A stretch of DNA of 63,988 bases, counting the filler, from Octopus bimaculoides (taxonomy: Eukaryota): assembly GCF_001194135.2 (NCBI RefSeq). It is 6 parts of 6 records of this genome, joined end to end, with 100 filler letters (N's around TTAATTAATTAA, not from the genome) between each part and the next. Parts side by side here need not be neighbours in the genome. Positions count along the whole stretch, not along the records: positions 62,469 to 63,988 come from NW_026303129.1; 5 more parts are not named here. One strand, 5' to 3'. Shown in pieces: positions 63,271-63,988 of this stretch. A program made the position numbers and the translations under genes. The notes below the pieces were generated by a model that searched no databases, was not told where the DNA came from, and was given only the letters and a program-made list of their open reading frames with translations. Numbering within the stretch: position 1 is the stretch's first letter; every line of letters starts with the position of its first letter.

Positions 63271-63988
63271 AATAACATATAAATTGTTTGAATTTGATTT
63301 TCAGGACCACAGAATTTCGCTTCGCGGCCCACAGTTTAAGAAGCGCCGTTTCAGAGAAATTAATATTTTCCGCAAGAATTTACAGTTTAGAACTACGATG
63401 CGGATTTTGCAAGACATTTAGCATGTGATCATGGAACTTAATCTACATCTCCTAACGTGTGATTGAATTGATAAAATGTTCGGATAATTCTTCGGATAAT
63501 TCTTCATATGTTGGTCAAAAATAATATTTCTGAGTGTTCTAATTACCTCAATGGACGCTACGAAAATAGCATCAAATGACATTCACCATCTCAGTATCGT
63601 ACTGACACCGTTAGAAGGTACGAAACTGTAGAATTGTCTGAGATAAAATCTCTTCATAGAGAATATATATCGGAGTGAGCCGAACATCATCACAACAATG
63701 GCTCAAAAATAACAGATGCGTTTCATCTCTCTTGAGTCTTGTCAATATGAACCCAATTGGCACCTGCTTAAATGAAATTCATCTATATCTATAAAACAGA
63801 GGATGTTTGTGTGTGTGTACGTGAATGTGGTTTATGCATGTCCACAAATTAGCACGCATGTCACTCCAATTTTAGGAGAAGATTCGGAATGACCCTATGT
63901 GCATTTTAGTGAACTTTCTCTCTCAGAAGTACCCGCGTATAGCTGTAAAAATCAATAAACTTTTACCGATTTTGAAGTTTGTTGACAT

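Overview
AT-rich, microsatellite- and gap-ridden eukaryotic genomic DNA. The SINE families resemble those known from octopus; that taxon is an inference, not read from the sequence. Nearly all ORFs in the supplied track are noise from N-gaps and microsatellites. One host gene is well supported: two spliced, phase-compatible + strand exons (33477-33842, 35864-36206) encoding the end of a TPR-like repeat, the N-half of a split SET domain and a MYND zinc finger (SMYD-family lysine methyltransferase). Its 5' and 3' exons could not be located. The rest is a dense, often nested set of mobile elements: about five modular tRNA-derived SINE families, four mariner relics, a Tc1 relic, mariner/hAT/piggyBac-like MITEs, R4/Dong-type non-LTR fragments at (TAA)n, RTE, Penelope and Helitron fragments. 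There are also several long near-perfect hairpins. The most notable non-coding signal is a minimal type-I hammerhead-ribozyme-like fold at 4150-4227. I found no convincing wholly new system; the best leads are the hammerhead, the TPR+SMYD5-like architecture, the SINE module shuffling and the (TAA)n-associated retrotransposon stack. SINE family letters A-E are my own labels, and repeat boundaries are approximate unless a TSD or TIR is given.
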